Part shown: positions 52,604 through 63,808 of the stretch, piece by piece | Layout of the letters: each line of letters starts with the position of its first letter | Position numbering within the stretch: the first letter of the stretch is position 1 | Source: an uncultured Bacilli bacterium | Lineage (GTDB): Bacteria; Bacillota_I; Bacilli_A; RF39; UBA660 | Direction: 5' to 3' | Assembly (NCBI GenBank): GCA_947624045.1 | Contig: CANQIL010000005.1 | Location: forward strand, 149-64,148 | Length of the DNA: 64,000 bases | The notes under the pieces: generated by a model | Seen by the model: the letters and a program-made list of their open reading frames with translations, nothing else | The model's database searches: none | Told to the model about the DNA's origin: nothing | Position numbers and translations under genes: made by a program

Positions 52604-54412
52604 TTATTCTTCTTCTGTTTGAAATTGAGAATTATATAAATTAGCATAAAAGCCATTTTTCTTTAATAATTCATTATGTGTTCCCTGTTCGACGATGTCT
52701 CCTTCATTCAAGACTAAGATTAAATCAGCATTTTTAATAGTGGAAAGACGATGAGCAATGATAAAGCTTGTTCTTCCTTCCATTAATTTATCCATTGCTT
52801 CTTGAATTAATAATTCTGTTCTAGTATCAACACTACTTGTTGCTTCATCAAGTATTAGTATTTTAGGGTTAGCAAGTATGACTCTAGCAATAGTTAAAAG
52901 TTGTTTTTGACCACCGGAAATATTATCGGCTTCTTCATTTATTTGCATATCATAACCATCAGGAAGTGTTTTAATAAAATGATCAACACTGGCTGTTTTA
53001 CAAGCTTCACGTACTTCATCTAGAGTAGCATCTAGTTTTCCATATTTTATATTATCTCTAATAGTTCCACTAAATAACCAAGTATCTTGTAAGACCATAC
53101 CAAAAAGTTTTCTAATTTCATGACGGTCAAAGTCATTTAAATCTTTACCATCGATTAAAATTTTACCAGAATTAAGCTCATAAAAATGCATAAGTAACTT
53201 AACAATAGTTGTCTTACCAGCTCCTGTTGGTCCAACAATCGCAATCTTTTGGCCATCTTTTATCTTAGCCGAAAAGTCTTTAATGATAACTTTTTCATCA
53301 TTGTAACCAAACTTAACATTACAAAATTCAATATTACCTTTTAAGCCCTCAACTGATAGAGCTTTATTTTTAGTAGGCTTTTCTTCTTCTATGCTTAAGA
53401 AGTCAAAGACACGTTCACTAGCGGCGATAGCTGATTGAATATTAGCCATTACTTGAGATAATTGATTTATTTGTTGGGTAAAATTTCTAACGTATTGTGT
53501 AAATGATTGAATATCCCCTACTTCGATTTTATCTAGAATAACCATATAACCACCAAGTATAGAAATAACAACATAACCAAGGTTACCAATAAATTGCATT
53601 ATAGGGTGCATTGATGTTCCTAAAAATTGACTTTTCCAAGCACTTTGATAAAGTGTTTGATTTAGTTCATTAAATTTCTTCATAGCATTTTCTTCACCAT
53701 TAAAGGCTTTAACAATATCATGACCACTATAAATTTCTTCAACATGACCATTCATATGACCAAGATAGTTTTGTTGCATAACAAAGAAGCGTTGACTTTT
53801 TTTAATTATCTTATTTAGAATAAACATACAAAAGGGAATAATTAAAAGTGCTGTTATTGTCATAGGAATATTTATAGATATCATCATTATCAAAACACCA
53901 ATAATAGTCGCAATGCCTGTTACGATAGATGTTACTGATTGGTTTAAGCATTGAGTTAAGACATCAATATCATTAGTAACAATAGATAATACTTCACCAT
54001 GAGTTTTAGTATCAAAATACTTCATTGGAATTTTATTAATTTTACTACTTAATTCATTCCTTAATTTATAAGATATATCATTAGAAATACCTGTCATAAT
54101 AATTCCTTGAATTGCAGAGAATAAGGAACTTATAATATATAGAATTACTAAGATAAGTGTTGTATGTCTAATATAGGTAAAATTAATGCCACCCGTATTA
54201 GTTATTTTTTTCATAAGACCACTAAATATTTCGGTGGTAATATTTCCCATTATCTTAGGTCCAATTATTAAGAAAACAGTTGACGCAATAGCAAACACTA
54301 TAACAAAGAAAATCTTTAATTTATAATTTTTTAAATATGATAGTAAGGTTAAAAGTGTACCTTTAAAGTCTTTAGCTTTTTCATTAGGTATATTTCGATT
54401 AGGTCTAGGCAT
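52604..54412 (-). CDS. ABC exporter ATPase/permease subunit
   Basis: GPTGAGKTT, ISGGQKQ, ILILDEATS, IAHRLST. Confidence 0.95.
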   Translation of the reverse strand: MPRPNRNIPNEKAKDFKGTLLTLLSYLKNYKLKIFFVIVFAIASTVFLIIGPKIMGNITTEIFSGLMKKITNTGGINFTYIRHTTLILVILYIISSLFSAIQGIIMTGISNDISYKLRNELSSKINKIPMKYFDTKTHGEVLSIVTNDIDVLTQCLNQSVTSIVTGIATIIGVLIMMISINIPMTITALLIIPFCMFILNKIIKKSQRFFVMQQNYLGHMNGHVEEIYSGHDIVKAFNGEENAMKKFNELNQTLYQSAWKSQFLGTSMHPIMQFIGNLGYVVISILGGYMVILDKIEVGDIQSFTQYVRNFTQQINQLSQVMANIQSAIAASERVFDFLSIEEEKPTKNKALSVEGLKGNIEFCNVKFGYNDEKVIIKDFSAKIKDGQKIAIVGPTGAGKTTIVKLLMHFYELNSGKILIDGKDLNDFDRHEIRKLFGMVLQDTWLFSGTIRDNIKYGKLDATLDEVREACKTASVDHFIKTLPDGYDMQINEEADNISGGQKQLLTIARVILANPKILILDEATSSVDTRTELLIQEAMDKLMEGRTSFIIAHRLSTIKNADLILVLNEGDIVEQGTHNELLKKNGFYANLYNSQFQTEEE

Positions 54413-56564
54413 TTTCTAATTCCTCCTTACTTAGTTGCGATAAGGCAATTTCTTTATAGACTTGACAATTTTTTAATAACTCTTGATGTTTACCAATACC
54501 AACAACTTCCTCTTCGTGTAGAACAACTATTTTATCGGCATGCATAATTGTTGAGATTCTTTGAGCTACTATTAAAACCGTTTTATCTTTCGTAATTTTA
54601 GCTAACTCGTGACGTAACTTAGCATCTGTTTTATAATCAAGAGCTGAAAATGAATCATCAAATATATAAATATCTGGATTTTTAGCAATCGCTCTCGCAA
54701 TAGAAAGACGCTGTTTTTGCCCACCAGAAACATTGGTACCACCTTGAGATATTTGATAGTATTCTTTGTCTGGTAATTTAGAAACAAATTCTTTAGATTG
54801 GGAAATATCAAGTGCTTTTTCAATATCTTCATCAGTTATATTTTTATTACCATAACGAACATTTTCTTTGATAGAGCCGGTAAAAAGAATACCTTTTTGT
54901 GGAACAAAACCAATCTTATCACGTAAGTTTTTGATATCAACATCTTTAATATTTACACCATCTACTAAAATTTCGCCACTTGTAACATCATAAAAACGAG
55001 GTATTAAATTAATTAAAGTAGATTTACCAGAACCAGTTGAGCCAATAAAAGCCGTTACTTCGCCTGGATTAGCTGTTAGGTTAACATCCGTTATAACGTC
55101 ATAATCTGCATCTGGATAACGGAAAGAGACATTTTTAAAACAAACTTCGCCTTTTTTAGTATTAGTAAAGTCTTTTAAGTTTTTACTATTAGTAATCGTA
55201 TTTTTAGTTTCTAATACTTCTACTACTCTCTTAGCTGATACATTAGCACGTGGTAACATAATAGACATCATTGATATCATTAAAAAGGCCATAATAATTT
55301 GCATCGTATATTGAATATAAGCTAGAATATCTCCTACTTGCATAGAACCACTATCAACGCCCTTAGCCCCACTATAAACAATAGCAAGACAAACAAAGTT
55401 CATAACAAGCATCATTATAGGCATCATAAAACTCATCGTTCTATTAATGAAGATATTTATTTTTGTTAAATCCTTATTAGCTTTTTCAAATCTTTCTTCT
55501 TCATGTTTTTCATTAGAAAAAGCTCTAATAACGGGAAGACCTGTTAGTATTTCTCTTGTTACTAAATTTAGTTTATCAATTAATTTTTGAACTTTAGTAA
55601 ATTTAGGCATAGCTATTGCAAAAAGAGTTATTACAATTACTAATATACTAACAACCGCAAGCCCTATTATATAAGTCATGGATGAGTTAGTATTAAGCGC
55701 TTTAATGACTCCACCTACTCCTATAATTGGAGCATAGATAACTACTCTAAATAAGAATACTATAACCATTTGAATTTGTTGAATATCATTAGTTGTTCTA
55801 GTAATTAAAGAAGCTGCGCCAAATGTCTTCATTTCATTTTTAGAAAAACTTACTACTTTCTTAAAGACTTTTTCTCTTAGTTTCTTAGCTAATCTAGCTG
55901 CCATTTTGGAACCAATAAATACTGTTAATAAGCCAGAAATCATACCTGCTGCCGCAATTAAAATCATTATAAGACCAACTTTAAAAATATAATTAATTTG
56001 CATTTTATCTAAGTCAACATCTATTCTTTCATATTCATCTTTTATAAAAGTAATAGCCATTTGGTCTATAATAGTATCAGGATAATCTTTAAATTTAGTA
56101 TCTATTTGTTTAATAATTTTTGCCTTTTCTTCATTAGGAGCATTTTGTAAGACAGTAAAGATATCCATATTGTCAGGTATATTCATACTACTAGCTAATT
56201 CTTTACTATTAAAAACACTAATTAAAGTCATAGGTTTTGAAACAATAGAACTAATCTTTTTTCTATCAGCTTTTGCTTTTAAAACATAAATTGTTTCGTC
56301 TTTATATTTACTACTTTCTTTATAATTAGCTAGTAAGTAATTTTTATCTTTTTCTGTTAAGAAAAGGGTTATTTTATCAAGAGATGTCTTACCTATTTTT
56401 TCAATAGCCGCATTTTCAATACCATTTTGTTGCACACCAACATTTATTATTTTAGATGTATATTCTGGTAATGTTAAATCAAGATAAGCTTGGACAATTA
56501 ATAAAAGTATAATTGCTAAGACAGATATTGTTTCATTTTTTAAGTACTTAAATATTTTTAACAT
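54405..56564 (-). CDS. ABC exporter ATPase/permease subunit (degenerate partner of a heterodimer)
   Basis: GSTGSGKST, VSGGQKQR, IFDDSFSALD, VAQRIS. Confidence 0.95.
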   Translation of the reverse strand: MLKIFKYLKNETISVLAIILLLIVQAYLDLTLPEYTSKIINVGVQQNGIENAAIEKIGKTSLDKITLFLTEKDKNYLLANYKESSKYKDETIYVLKAKADRKKISSIVSKPMTLISVFNSKELASSMNIPDNMDIFTVLQNAPNEEKAKIIKQIDTKFKDYPDTIIDQMAITFIKDEYERIDVDLDKMQINYIFKVGLIMILIAAAGMISGLLTVFIGSKMAARLAKKLREKVFKKVVSFSKNEMKTFGAASLITRTTNDIQQIQMVIVFLFRVVIYAPIIGVGGVIKALNTNSSMTYIIGLAVVSILVIVITLFAIAMPKFTKVQKLIDKLNLVTREILTGLPVIRAFSNEKHEEERFEKANKDLTKINIFINRTMSFMMPIMMLVMNFVCLAIVYSGAKGVDSGSMQVGDILAYIQYTMQIIMAFLMISMMSIMLPRANVSAKRVVEVLETKNTITNSKNLKDFTNTKKGEVCFKNVSFRYPDADYDVITDVNLTANPGEVTAFIGSTGSGKSTLINLIPRFYDVTSGEILVDGVNIKDVDIKNLRDKIGFVPQKGILFTGSIKENVRYGNKNITDEDIEKALDISQSKEFVSKLPDKEYYQISQGGTNVSGGQKQRLSIARAIAKNPDIYIFDDSFSALDYKTDAKLRHELAKITKDKTVLIVAQRISTIMHADKIVVLHEEEVVGIGKHQELLKNCQVYKEIALSQLSKEELENA

Positions 56565-57154
56565 TTTTCTTCCTCCTTAAATATTCCATAAAATATTATG
56601 TCTAATTTCCATAAATATTTATTTTTTATTCTTTCAAAATCATTTGTTTTAGCATATTCATCTATAGCAAAAAACAAATTATGTGAAATAAAGGTGAAAA
56701 TAAACTCTAAGTCATAGTCTTTTAAATTAGTTGTATCTATATAATCTTTTACAGCTAGAAAAAGCTTATGATTAGGATTTTCTAAGTTTTTTTCTCTTAA
56801 CCTATTAAAAATAAAGACATTTTTTAATATACCTATATTCATAGTATCATCAAAGTTTTCAGTTAATTTGAAAAATAATTTTATAAAGAATTCTCTTAAA
56901 TTACCATTAACTGATTTTATTATTTTTTTAGCTTCACTATCTAATGATTGCATTTTTAAATCTATTAAATATTCAAATAACTCTTCTTTATCAGTAAAGT
57001 ACATATAAAAGCTTCCTCTAGAAATATTAGCATTCGCAATTATTTTATTAATAGAAACATCTTGATATTTATGAATAGAAAATTCATTTATAGCTTTTTG
57101 AAGTAACATTTCTTGTTTAGCTTTATCTAAATTATAAAATGTTTTACTAGGCAT
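56558..57154 (-). CDS. TetR family regulator
   Basis: MPSKTFYNL..SINKII..ANISRGSFYMYF.DKEELF. Confidence 0.93.
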   Translation of the reverse strand: MPSKTFYNLDKAKQEMLLQKAINEFSIHKYQDVSINKIIANANISRGSFYMYFTDKEELFEYLIDLKMQSLDSEAKKIIKSVNGNLREFFIKLFFKLTENFDDTMNIGILKNVFIFNRLREKNLENPNHKLFLAVKDYIDTTNLKDYDLEFIFTFISHNLFFAIDEYAKTNDFERIKNKYLWKLDIIFYGIFKEEEKC

Positions 57155-57185
57155 ATTAATTCTTCTTTCTTACATAGGCTTAACT

Positions 57186-57215
57186 ATTATAATATGACAG
57201 GTTGTCATAAGTCAA
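57186..57215 (-). promoter_or_regulatory. Promoter with TetR operator
   Basis: Minus strand TTGACT-18-TATAAT; palindrome TATGACA-ggt-TGTCATA (57193-57209) in the spacer. Confidence 0.75.
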
Positions 57216-57260
57216 TAGGAAAGCTAAAAAAAAACGACTATTTGTCGTTTAATAATCATT

Positions 57261-57337
57261 TGGTAGTCTGTACGGGGTTCGAACCCGTGAATGCCACCTT
57301 GAGAGGGTGGTGTGTTAAGCCACTTCACCAACAGACC
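57261..57337 (-). tRNA. tRNA-Glu(CTC)
   Basis: GGTCTGT..ACAGACT-ACCA, anticodon arm CCACC-CT-CTC-AA-GGTGG, GGTTCGAAC T-arm. Confidence 0.96.
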
Positions 57338-57390
57338 AGAAAATGTCCTTAGACATTTTTAATTTTAACATAGAAATACTATAATTTCAA

Positions 57391-60300
57391 CTATCTTTTC
57401 ACTTGATTTTCTATATATGAAGCTATACATTTTAAATATCGTTTATTATTTTCTTCAATATTAGATTCTCTACTTATTTCTAAAATATTTCTAAGAGCTT
57501 TTAAGAAATTTTTTTGCAAAAGATTATCTATATTAGGCATTTTTTCTTCTAAAAATAAATTATCAAGTAAAACTCTATCACTTTCAGATAATTTATTTCT
57601 TGTTTCTTCGTTTAAATTTAAATATATTTTTCTAATTTGTTTAAAGCTTTCTTGTAAAAGAGTTCTTCTTTCTTTTTCTTTATTTTGCTTATTAATTTTT
57701 CTATTTATTTTCATACTAATATTTTTATATAGATTATTTTCTGCAGCAGTTAAATTAGTATTATACTCATCTAAATTAGGACCAAATTTTTTATAAAAAA
57801 CACTTTGCTCTTCTTTAGATAACTCAGCTACAATCTCTTTTAAATTTTCTCTAGTTGTATTATATCTTAAATTACTATTTTTTTCATATAAGCTATTTAT
57901 TTTTATAGAAGTATTAGGAGTAATAGTACCTTTAAGTTTTAAATTATTAATAATATTTTTTAATACAGGAAGTAATTTACTTACTATTCTAATATAATCT
58001 TTTTCTGTTAAAACATAATCATAGTCTTTGTAATTATATAAAGTATTCAAAAGTTTTTGGTCTTCATTTTCAAAATACGTAATAGCTCTTTTAACAGTAG
58101 CACTATCAACATCCAAAGCCTTTTCTAAAGGCATTCTTAATTTTACAATGCGTTCATTAAGTTTAGGAAGAATTTTAGTAACTATTCTTCTTTTTTTAGG
58201 ATATTCGATATCATGTAATTTTATTTTTTGTAAAAAATTAGTACCAAAACGTAAATTTAGAAGTTTAATTTCACTTGGTAAAAGAAAGTTTAAATGATAT
58301 TTCACTTCTTCTATTGAAGTTGCACTTGTTAATGATAAAAAGGAAGCAGTTTTAATATCTATATCAAATTTAGAAGTATTTTCAATATTATTAGCATATT
58401 TAATTAATTTTAAAAAAGCATCATCTTTACTCATAATAATTAAATTTTCTAAGAAGTACTCTTCTTCATCACTAGGTTTAAATAAATTAAGTATCTTTTC
58501 TTTTTCTTCTGTTGTAAGGTTAGAAAAAGCTTCTCTTAAACTAGTTAAGGTAATAATATTATTACTCTTTTTAATAGTTTCTTCCTTTTTTTCTTTTAAT
58601 TTTTTACTTATATTACCAAATACTTCTCTTTTTAAATAATCTTCATAAGCAACAGGCATAATAATTGGCTTTTCATCAAAACCATTAGGATACTTCTCTT
58701 TTAATAATTTTTTCTTATTATCAGATAAAGTATCTATGGCTTCTAAGATATCTTCTTTTTCATAAAAAGTAAAATAAGAAAATAGACTGTTATTAAGTAT
58801 AGTAATTTTTTCTGGTTTTTTAATCGCATAGGTAAATATTTTCAATTTGATTATTAGTTCATTTAATTCATCACTATAATTTGCTTCTACTTTATTTTCA
58901 TAATTTTTACCATAAGCATCAAAAAGAAGTTGCCTTTCTTCTTCATCTAAATAAGTAATAGCTTCTAATACACAATCTTTTTTAGAACCAATAGTTTTTA
59001 CTAATGTAAATTTTTGCTTAGGTAAAGAAATACTTTCAGGATTATCAAGATAAATCATCGTATCTTTTATTTGCTTTTTTCCCCGTAATTTAATTAAAGC
59101 TTTTTCTTCTATTTGTCTAACTCTTTCTCTAGTAATGTTTAATGTTTTCGCAACAGATTCTAAGGATTTCCTATTAACAATTCTCTCTATTAAAATATAT
59201 TGTTCACGAGATGACAGATTTTTTAAAGAGGGAATAATTTGTCTTTTTAAATCATCTCTTATAAGATCATTTTCAATATCAATATTAGCTTCTAAAAAGT
59301 CTTGTAATTCATTTTCCTCTTTTTCCCCTACTAAAACATTATAACTAATACTATCAGAAGTATTTTTAAGAAAATCTTCTAAGTCTTTTTCATTCATATT
59401 CATATACATAGCAAGTTCTTTAGTAGTAGCATCATGACCTAAATTATTACTTATGTAATGTTTTAAATAATTAATTTTTCGCAATTTTTGATTTACATAA
59501 GCAGGTAATCTTATAGTCCTACCCTTTTCATTAATTGCAATAATAATAGCTTGTCTTATCCACCAAGAAGCATAAGAAACAAATTTAAAACCTTTTTCTA
59601 CATCAAATCTTTCAACGGCTTTAATTAAACCAATATTTCCTTCTTGAATTAAATCCATAAGAGCAAGCCCTTTTCCTTGATAACGTTTCGCAACACTCAC
59701 AACAAATTTTAAATTATGCTCAATTAAATAGTTTTTCATCTCTTTTTGGCCACTTGCTAAAGCTAAAAAACACTTTCTTTCCTCATCAATTGTTAAAGCC
59801 GGAGGTAGACTACGTAAATAATCATGAACAATATTATCAGTTAAGTAATTATCATTTTTGCTTTCTTTAGAATTATATTCATAAATTTCATCGTTTAGTG
59901 AATCATTATCTTCAGTACTAATATTATAATACTGACAAAATGGTTCAAGTAAAATAGAAAGATTAGTTTGTAATAATTCATCTATTTTAAATAAATTTAT
60001 CTTTTCATTAGCTGAGTAGATTATAGTTTCTAATCCATTTTTAATATATTCATTATTTTTTATTAAATAAAGACAATCTTCATAAGAAATATTTGGATTT
60101 AAAGCAATTAAATCATCGGTATAATTTTCTAAGTTTTTACTAATGTCTTTACTAAAAGCTTTATAAGTAAAATAATTATTAGTATAATCATTTAAAACTT
60201 TTTTATTATCTTCTAAAACTAGTAATTCTTTTAATAAATTTAGATATTCTTTATTTAGATAATTTTCTATTTCTAAAGAGATATTATCATCATTTATTTT

Positions 60301-60471
60301 ACTTATATTTTGTAAAAATTTAGTAAAGGCTTGTTGCAATAATTTATCTTTTTTTTCATTATTTAATACTAAATAAGAATATTTATCTTCTACTATAAGA
60401 CTAATTTGTTTAAATTTAGAAAAAAGCATTTGTTCTTGCTCTATTAACTTATTATTCAAAACTACCACCAA
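57391..60471 (-). CDS. Oversized (1026 aa) sigma70-family protein with C-terminal repeats
   Basis: LIEHNLKFVVSVAKRY..DLIQEGNIGLIKAVERFD..FVSYASWWIRQAI..RTIRLP; ITRERVRQIE; plus a long repeat-containing tail. Confidence 0.88.
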   Translation of the reverse strand: MVVVLNNKLIEQEQMLFSKFKQISLIVEDKYSYLVLNNEKKDKLLQQAFTKFLQNISKINDDNISLEIENYLNKEYLNLLKELLVLEDNKKVLNDYTNNYFTYKAFSKDISKNLENYTDDLIALNPNISYEDCLYLIKNNEYIKNGLETIIYSANEKINLFKIDELLQTNLSILLEPFCQYYNISTEDNDSLNDEIYEYNSKESKNDNYLTDNIVHDYLRSLPPALTIDEERKCFLALASGQKEMKNYLIEHNLKFVVSVAKRYQGKGLALMDLIQEGNIGLIKAVERFDVEKGFKFVSYASWWIRQAIIIAINEKGRTIRLPAYVNQKLRKINYLKHYISNNLGHDATTKELAMYMNMNEKDLEDFLKNTSDSISYNVLVGEKEENELQDFLEANIDIENDLIRDDLKRQIIPSLKNLSSREQYILIERIVNRKSLESVAKTLNITRERVRQIEEKALIKLRGKKQIKDTMIYLDNPESISLPKQKFTLVKTIGSKKDCVLEAITYLDEEERQLLFDAYGKNYENKVEANYSDELNELIIKLKIFTYAIKKPEKITILNNSLFSYFTFYEKEDILEAIDTLSDNKKKLLKEKYPNGFDEKPIIMPVAYEDYLKREVFGNISKKLKEKKEETIKKSNNIITLTSLREAFSNLTTEEKEKILNLFKPSDEEEYFLENLIIMSKDDAFLKLIKYANNIENTSKFDIDIKTASFLSLTSATSIEEVKYHLNFLLPSEIKLLNLRFGTNFLQKIKLHDIEYPKKRRIVTKILPKLNERIVKLRMPLEKALDVDSATVKRAITYFENEDQKLLNTLYNYKDYDYVLTEKDYIRIVSKLLPVLKNIINNLKLKGTITPNTSIKINSLYEKNSNLRYNTTRENLKEIVAELSKEEQSVFYKKFGPNLDEYNTNLTAAENNLYKNISMKINRKINKQNKEKERRTLLQESFKQIRKIYLNLNEETRNKLSESDRVLLDNLFLEEKMPNIDNLLQKNFLKALRNILEISRESNIEENNKRYLKCIASYIENQVKR

Positions 60472-60495
60472 ACTTCTTTACTATAATTATAAACC

Positions 60496-62355
60496 TTAAT
60501 TTTTCTTTAGTAAAACTTTACTTTTCTTTTGTTCTTTAAGTGCTTTCATCTTTTTAATAATACCTTTTACAAAATAAACTTCTAATGGATAAGCCAATTC
60601 TTTAGGAGCATTATCAATACCATTAGGATATTTTCTTATTAATATATCTTGGTCACTTTGATTTAATTTTTCCATAAGACAAAATACTTCTTCTTTAGAA
60701 TCCATTCTTAATATTTCTACTAAGGTTAAATCACTTAATGTTAAATAGCTTTCTTTTTTTAAAGCTTTAGTAATTATATCTAATTTATCAATTAATTCTT
60801 TAAATTCCAAAGTATTAATAGCTAGAGCTTTCTTATCAAAATATTCACCATAAATATTTTTTAAGTAATGAACTTCATTTTCTTCTAAGTATGAAAAAGC
60901 ACTAAAGAGATATTTTTGAGAATTTTTAAAATAATCATAAATATGTAACATTTTTTCTTCTTTAGATAAATCAATAACTTTATCTAAATAATTAACACTA
61001 TTACGAACTTTTTGTTGCTTTTTTAATTTCTTTAAAGCCGCTTTTTCAATTTGACGAATTCTTTCACCACGAACATTTAAATGTTTACCAATTTGTTCTA
61101 AAGTTTCTTCTTTTTCATTATTTAAACCAAAGTGGTGAATCAAGACATAGCGTTCTTTTTCATTTAAGGTATCTAGAATTTCTAATATATTTTCTTGGAG
61201 ATTTGTTTTAAGAAAATTATCTTCAATATCAACACTATCATCACGGACAAAGTCAATTAGTTCAAAGTCGTCATTATTTTTATCAACTTGAACATTGTAA
61301 CTAGTAGTATCAATAGAAGCATTAATTAAATCTTCTACTTTTTTTACTGAAATACCTAATTTTTTTGCAAGTTCTTCTTTAGTAGCTTCTCTACCTAAAA
61401 TATTATTAAGTTCTACTTTTGTTTTATTTAACTCATTAATTTTTCTTCTTAAAGAAATAGGTATTCTAATAGTTCTACCATAACAATTAATAGATGTTTT
61501 TATTGAATTACTAATAAAAGCAGTAGCATAAGTTGAAAATCTTACTCCTTTACTAATATCAAATCTATCAATAGCTTTCATTAAGCCAATATTACCCTCT
61601 TGAATTAAATCATCTAAATCTAAACCTCTATTTTGATAATCTTTAGCAATACTTATAACTAATCTTAGATTATGTTTAATTAAATATTCTTTAGCTTCTT
61701 TATTGCCTTTTAATACTTGTTCAAAAAAATACTTTTCTTCTTCAGCTGTTAAGATTTTACTTGGTATTGTGCCAATATATGTATAAGCGCCAAGTTGATT
61801 AGTTTGGAAATTATCTGTTTCATAATCTCTTTCTTCTAAAAGATAGTTATTATTAAAATATAAAGTAATTAAAGGATAAAGAGGCGTATCTAAAAGTAAA
61901 TCAATTTTATCATCAGCAATACATTCTTTTATTAAAACTCTTAGTATAGTATTATTAAGTAAAAATTTATAATCTTCTACATCAAGATATGTTAAAGATG
62001 AATTTAACTCTTTAGAAAAGATAAGTAATTTTTCATAAGACTCAACTTCTGTACTTGTTAATAAACAGTTGATATAGTCTTGTAAAATTTCCCTAGTATT
62101 ATCATTTAAAATTTTATCTTTAAGTATTTCTTGATATTCTAAGTTATATTCTTTTTCTAATTTATCTAAAAATAGATTTAAATCTATAAATCTTTCTTGG
62201 TTTAATAATTTATTACAGACATTTTGAAATAAATTACTAGTAAAATCTTTAGATAAATTCAAAAATGTATAGTTCTCATCTACTTTATTTTTTATTTCGT
62301 TAATTTTAGTAATAATTTCTTTTTTATCGCTTTTCATAATGTTTAGAGTACTCAT
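60496..62355 (-). CDS. Oversized (619 aa) sigma70-family protein
   Basis: HNLRLVISIAK.Y..DLIQEGNIGLMKAIDRFD..FSTYAT; TLEQIG..ERIRQIE. Confidence 0.88.
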   Translation of the reverse strand: MSTLNIMKSDKKEIITKINEIKNKVDENYTFLNLSKDFTSNLFQNVCNKLLNQERFIDLNLFLDKLEKEYNLEYQEILKDKILNDNTREILQDYINCLLTSTEVESYEKLLIFSKELNSSLTYLDVEDYKFLLNNTILRVLIKECIADDKIDLLLDTPLYPLITLYFNNNYLLEERDYETDNFQTNQLGAYTYIGTIPSKILTAEEEKYFFEQVLKGNKEAKEYLIKHNLRLVISIAKDYQNRGLDLDDLIQEGNIGLMKAIDRFDISKGVRFSTYATAFISNSIKTSINCYGRTIRIPISLRRKINELNKTKVELNNILGREATKEELAKKLGISVKKVEDLINASIDTTSYNVQVDKNNDDFELIDFVRDDSVDIEDNFLKTNLQENILEILDTLNEKERYVLIHHFGLNNEKEETLEQIGKHLNVRGERIRQIEKAALKKLKKQQKVRNSVNYLDKVIDLSKEEKMLHIYDYFKNSQKYLFSAFSYLEENEVHYLKNIYGEYFDKKALAINTLEFKELIDKLDIITKALKKESYLTLSDLTLVEILRMDSKEEVFCLMEKLNQSDQDILIRKYPNGIDNAPKELAYPLEVYFVKGIIKKMKALKEQKKSKVLLKKN

Positions 62356-62438
62356 AAAATAACCATCCCCAATTGCTCACTTATTATAACAAAAGTTTCT
62401 AAAAAAGTCCAGAAAAAAAGCTCTAAGTAGAGCCTTAG

Positions 62439-63743
62439 TTACTTAAGTATATTTTTAAAAGCATTAAGTATTCCATCAACATATGCACAACCCATAAAAC
62501 ATACGACGTTATCTTTTTCTTTTTCTAACTTGTTTATTGTATCGATACTTATTATTTCACTATTAGGAATTTCTTTTGTTATGATACTAGAGTTTATTCC
62601 AGGATAGTCTTCTTGTTTTTCTCTATTACAATCAATTTCTGTTAAATATACTTTATCAGCTACTTTTAAAGAAGAAACAAACTCATCTTTAAAGTCTTTA
62701 GTTCTAGAATAAGTATTTGGTACAAAGACAACTGTCAATTTTTTATCGGGGTATTTTTGCTTAACAGCTTCTAATGTAACTTTAATTTCCGTAGGATGAT
62801 GAGCATAATCATCAATAATTATAGTGTTATTAACTACTTCTTCAGCAAATCGTCTTTTAGCATTTTTAAATGTTTCTAAGTATTTTTTTATTTCTTCTAA
62901 AGAAATGCCTAGTTCTCTACATAAAATAATAGCGGCAGTAGCATTAGAAACCATATGTTTTCCAAATAAAGGAATACTAAAGTGATCTAGGAAAACATCA
63001 TTATAATATAAATCAAATGAAGAATTTTTACTATTCAAATCGATATTTCTAATGGAATAGTCATTTTCTCTTTTATAACCATAATAAATTACTGGTGTTT
63101 TAAAATTAATTTTTCTTATTTCGTCATTATCACCATTTACAATAATTTTCTTTTTCGTTTGATTAGCAAATATTTCAAAAGTATTTCTAATATCATCTAT
63201 ATTTTTATAACATTCTAAGTGTTCTGCTTCTATATTTGTAATTATAGAATAAGTTGGGTGATAGGCCGTAAAATGTTTATTGAATTCATCACTTTCAAAA
63301 ACAAAGTATCGATTATTTTTAGAAGCCATACCATCTCCTGCTCCAATAAAGTAATTACAACCAACTGTTTCGGTTAAAATATGTTTTATTATTGATGAAG
63401 TAGTTGTTTTACCATGAGTTCCTGCTACTCCTATTGAATTAAAATCATTCATCAAACTACCAATTATTTCATTATATTTAACTACTTTTAAGCCAAGTTC
63501 TTTAACTCTTTTTATTTCTTTATGGTCTTCTTTAAAAGCAACACTGTAAGTTACAATAGTATCTTTATCTATATCATGATTATTATCATAATAAATTTTT
63601 ATATTACGTTTTTCTAAGCCATCTTGGGTAAATTTATGTTCTTTGGCATCATCATAACCACTTACTTCATTACCTAAGTCATATAAGATTTGCGCAAGTG
63701 TTGACATACCAGTTCCTTTTATACCTATACAATAATATTTCAT
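62439..63743 (-). CDS. murC: UDP-N-acetylmuramate--L-alanine ligase
   Basis: IGIKGTGMS.LA, VAGTHGKTTTS, ESDE, KRRF, DDYAHHPTEI. Confidence 0.95.
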   Translation of the reverse strand: MKYYCIGIKGTGMSTLAQILYDLGNEVSGYDDAKEHKFTQDGLEKRNIKIYYDNNHDIDKDTIVTYSVAFKEDHKEIKRVKELGLKVVKYNEIIGSLMNDFNSIGVAGTHGKTTTSSIIKHILTETVGCNYFIGAGDGMASKNNRYFVFESDEFNKHFTAYHPTYSIITNIEAEHLECYKNIDDIRNTFEIFANQTKKKIIVNGDNDEIRKINFKTPVIYYGYKRENDYSIRNIDLNSKNSSFDLYYNDVFLDHFSIPLFGKHMVSNATAAIILCRELGISLEEIKKYLETFKNAKRRFAEEVVNNTIIIDDYAHHPTEIKVTLEAVKQKYPDKKLTVVFVPNTYSRTKDFKDEFVSSLKVADKVYLTEIDCNREKQEDYPGINSSIITKEIPNSEIISIDTINKLEKEKDNVVCFMGCAYVDGILNAFKNILK

Positions 63744-63808
63744 TCACAACACCTCTATTTAAGTATACTCTTTAATATTTTATAAGTAAAGGTGAAAAAT
63801 GGTGAATT

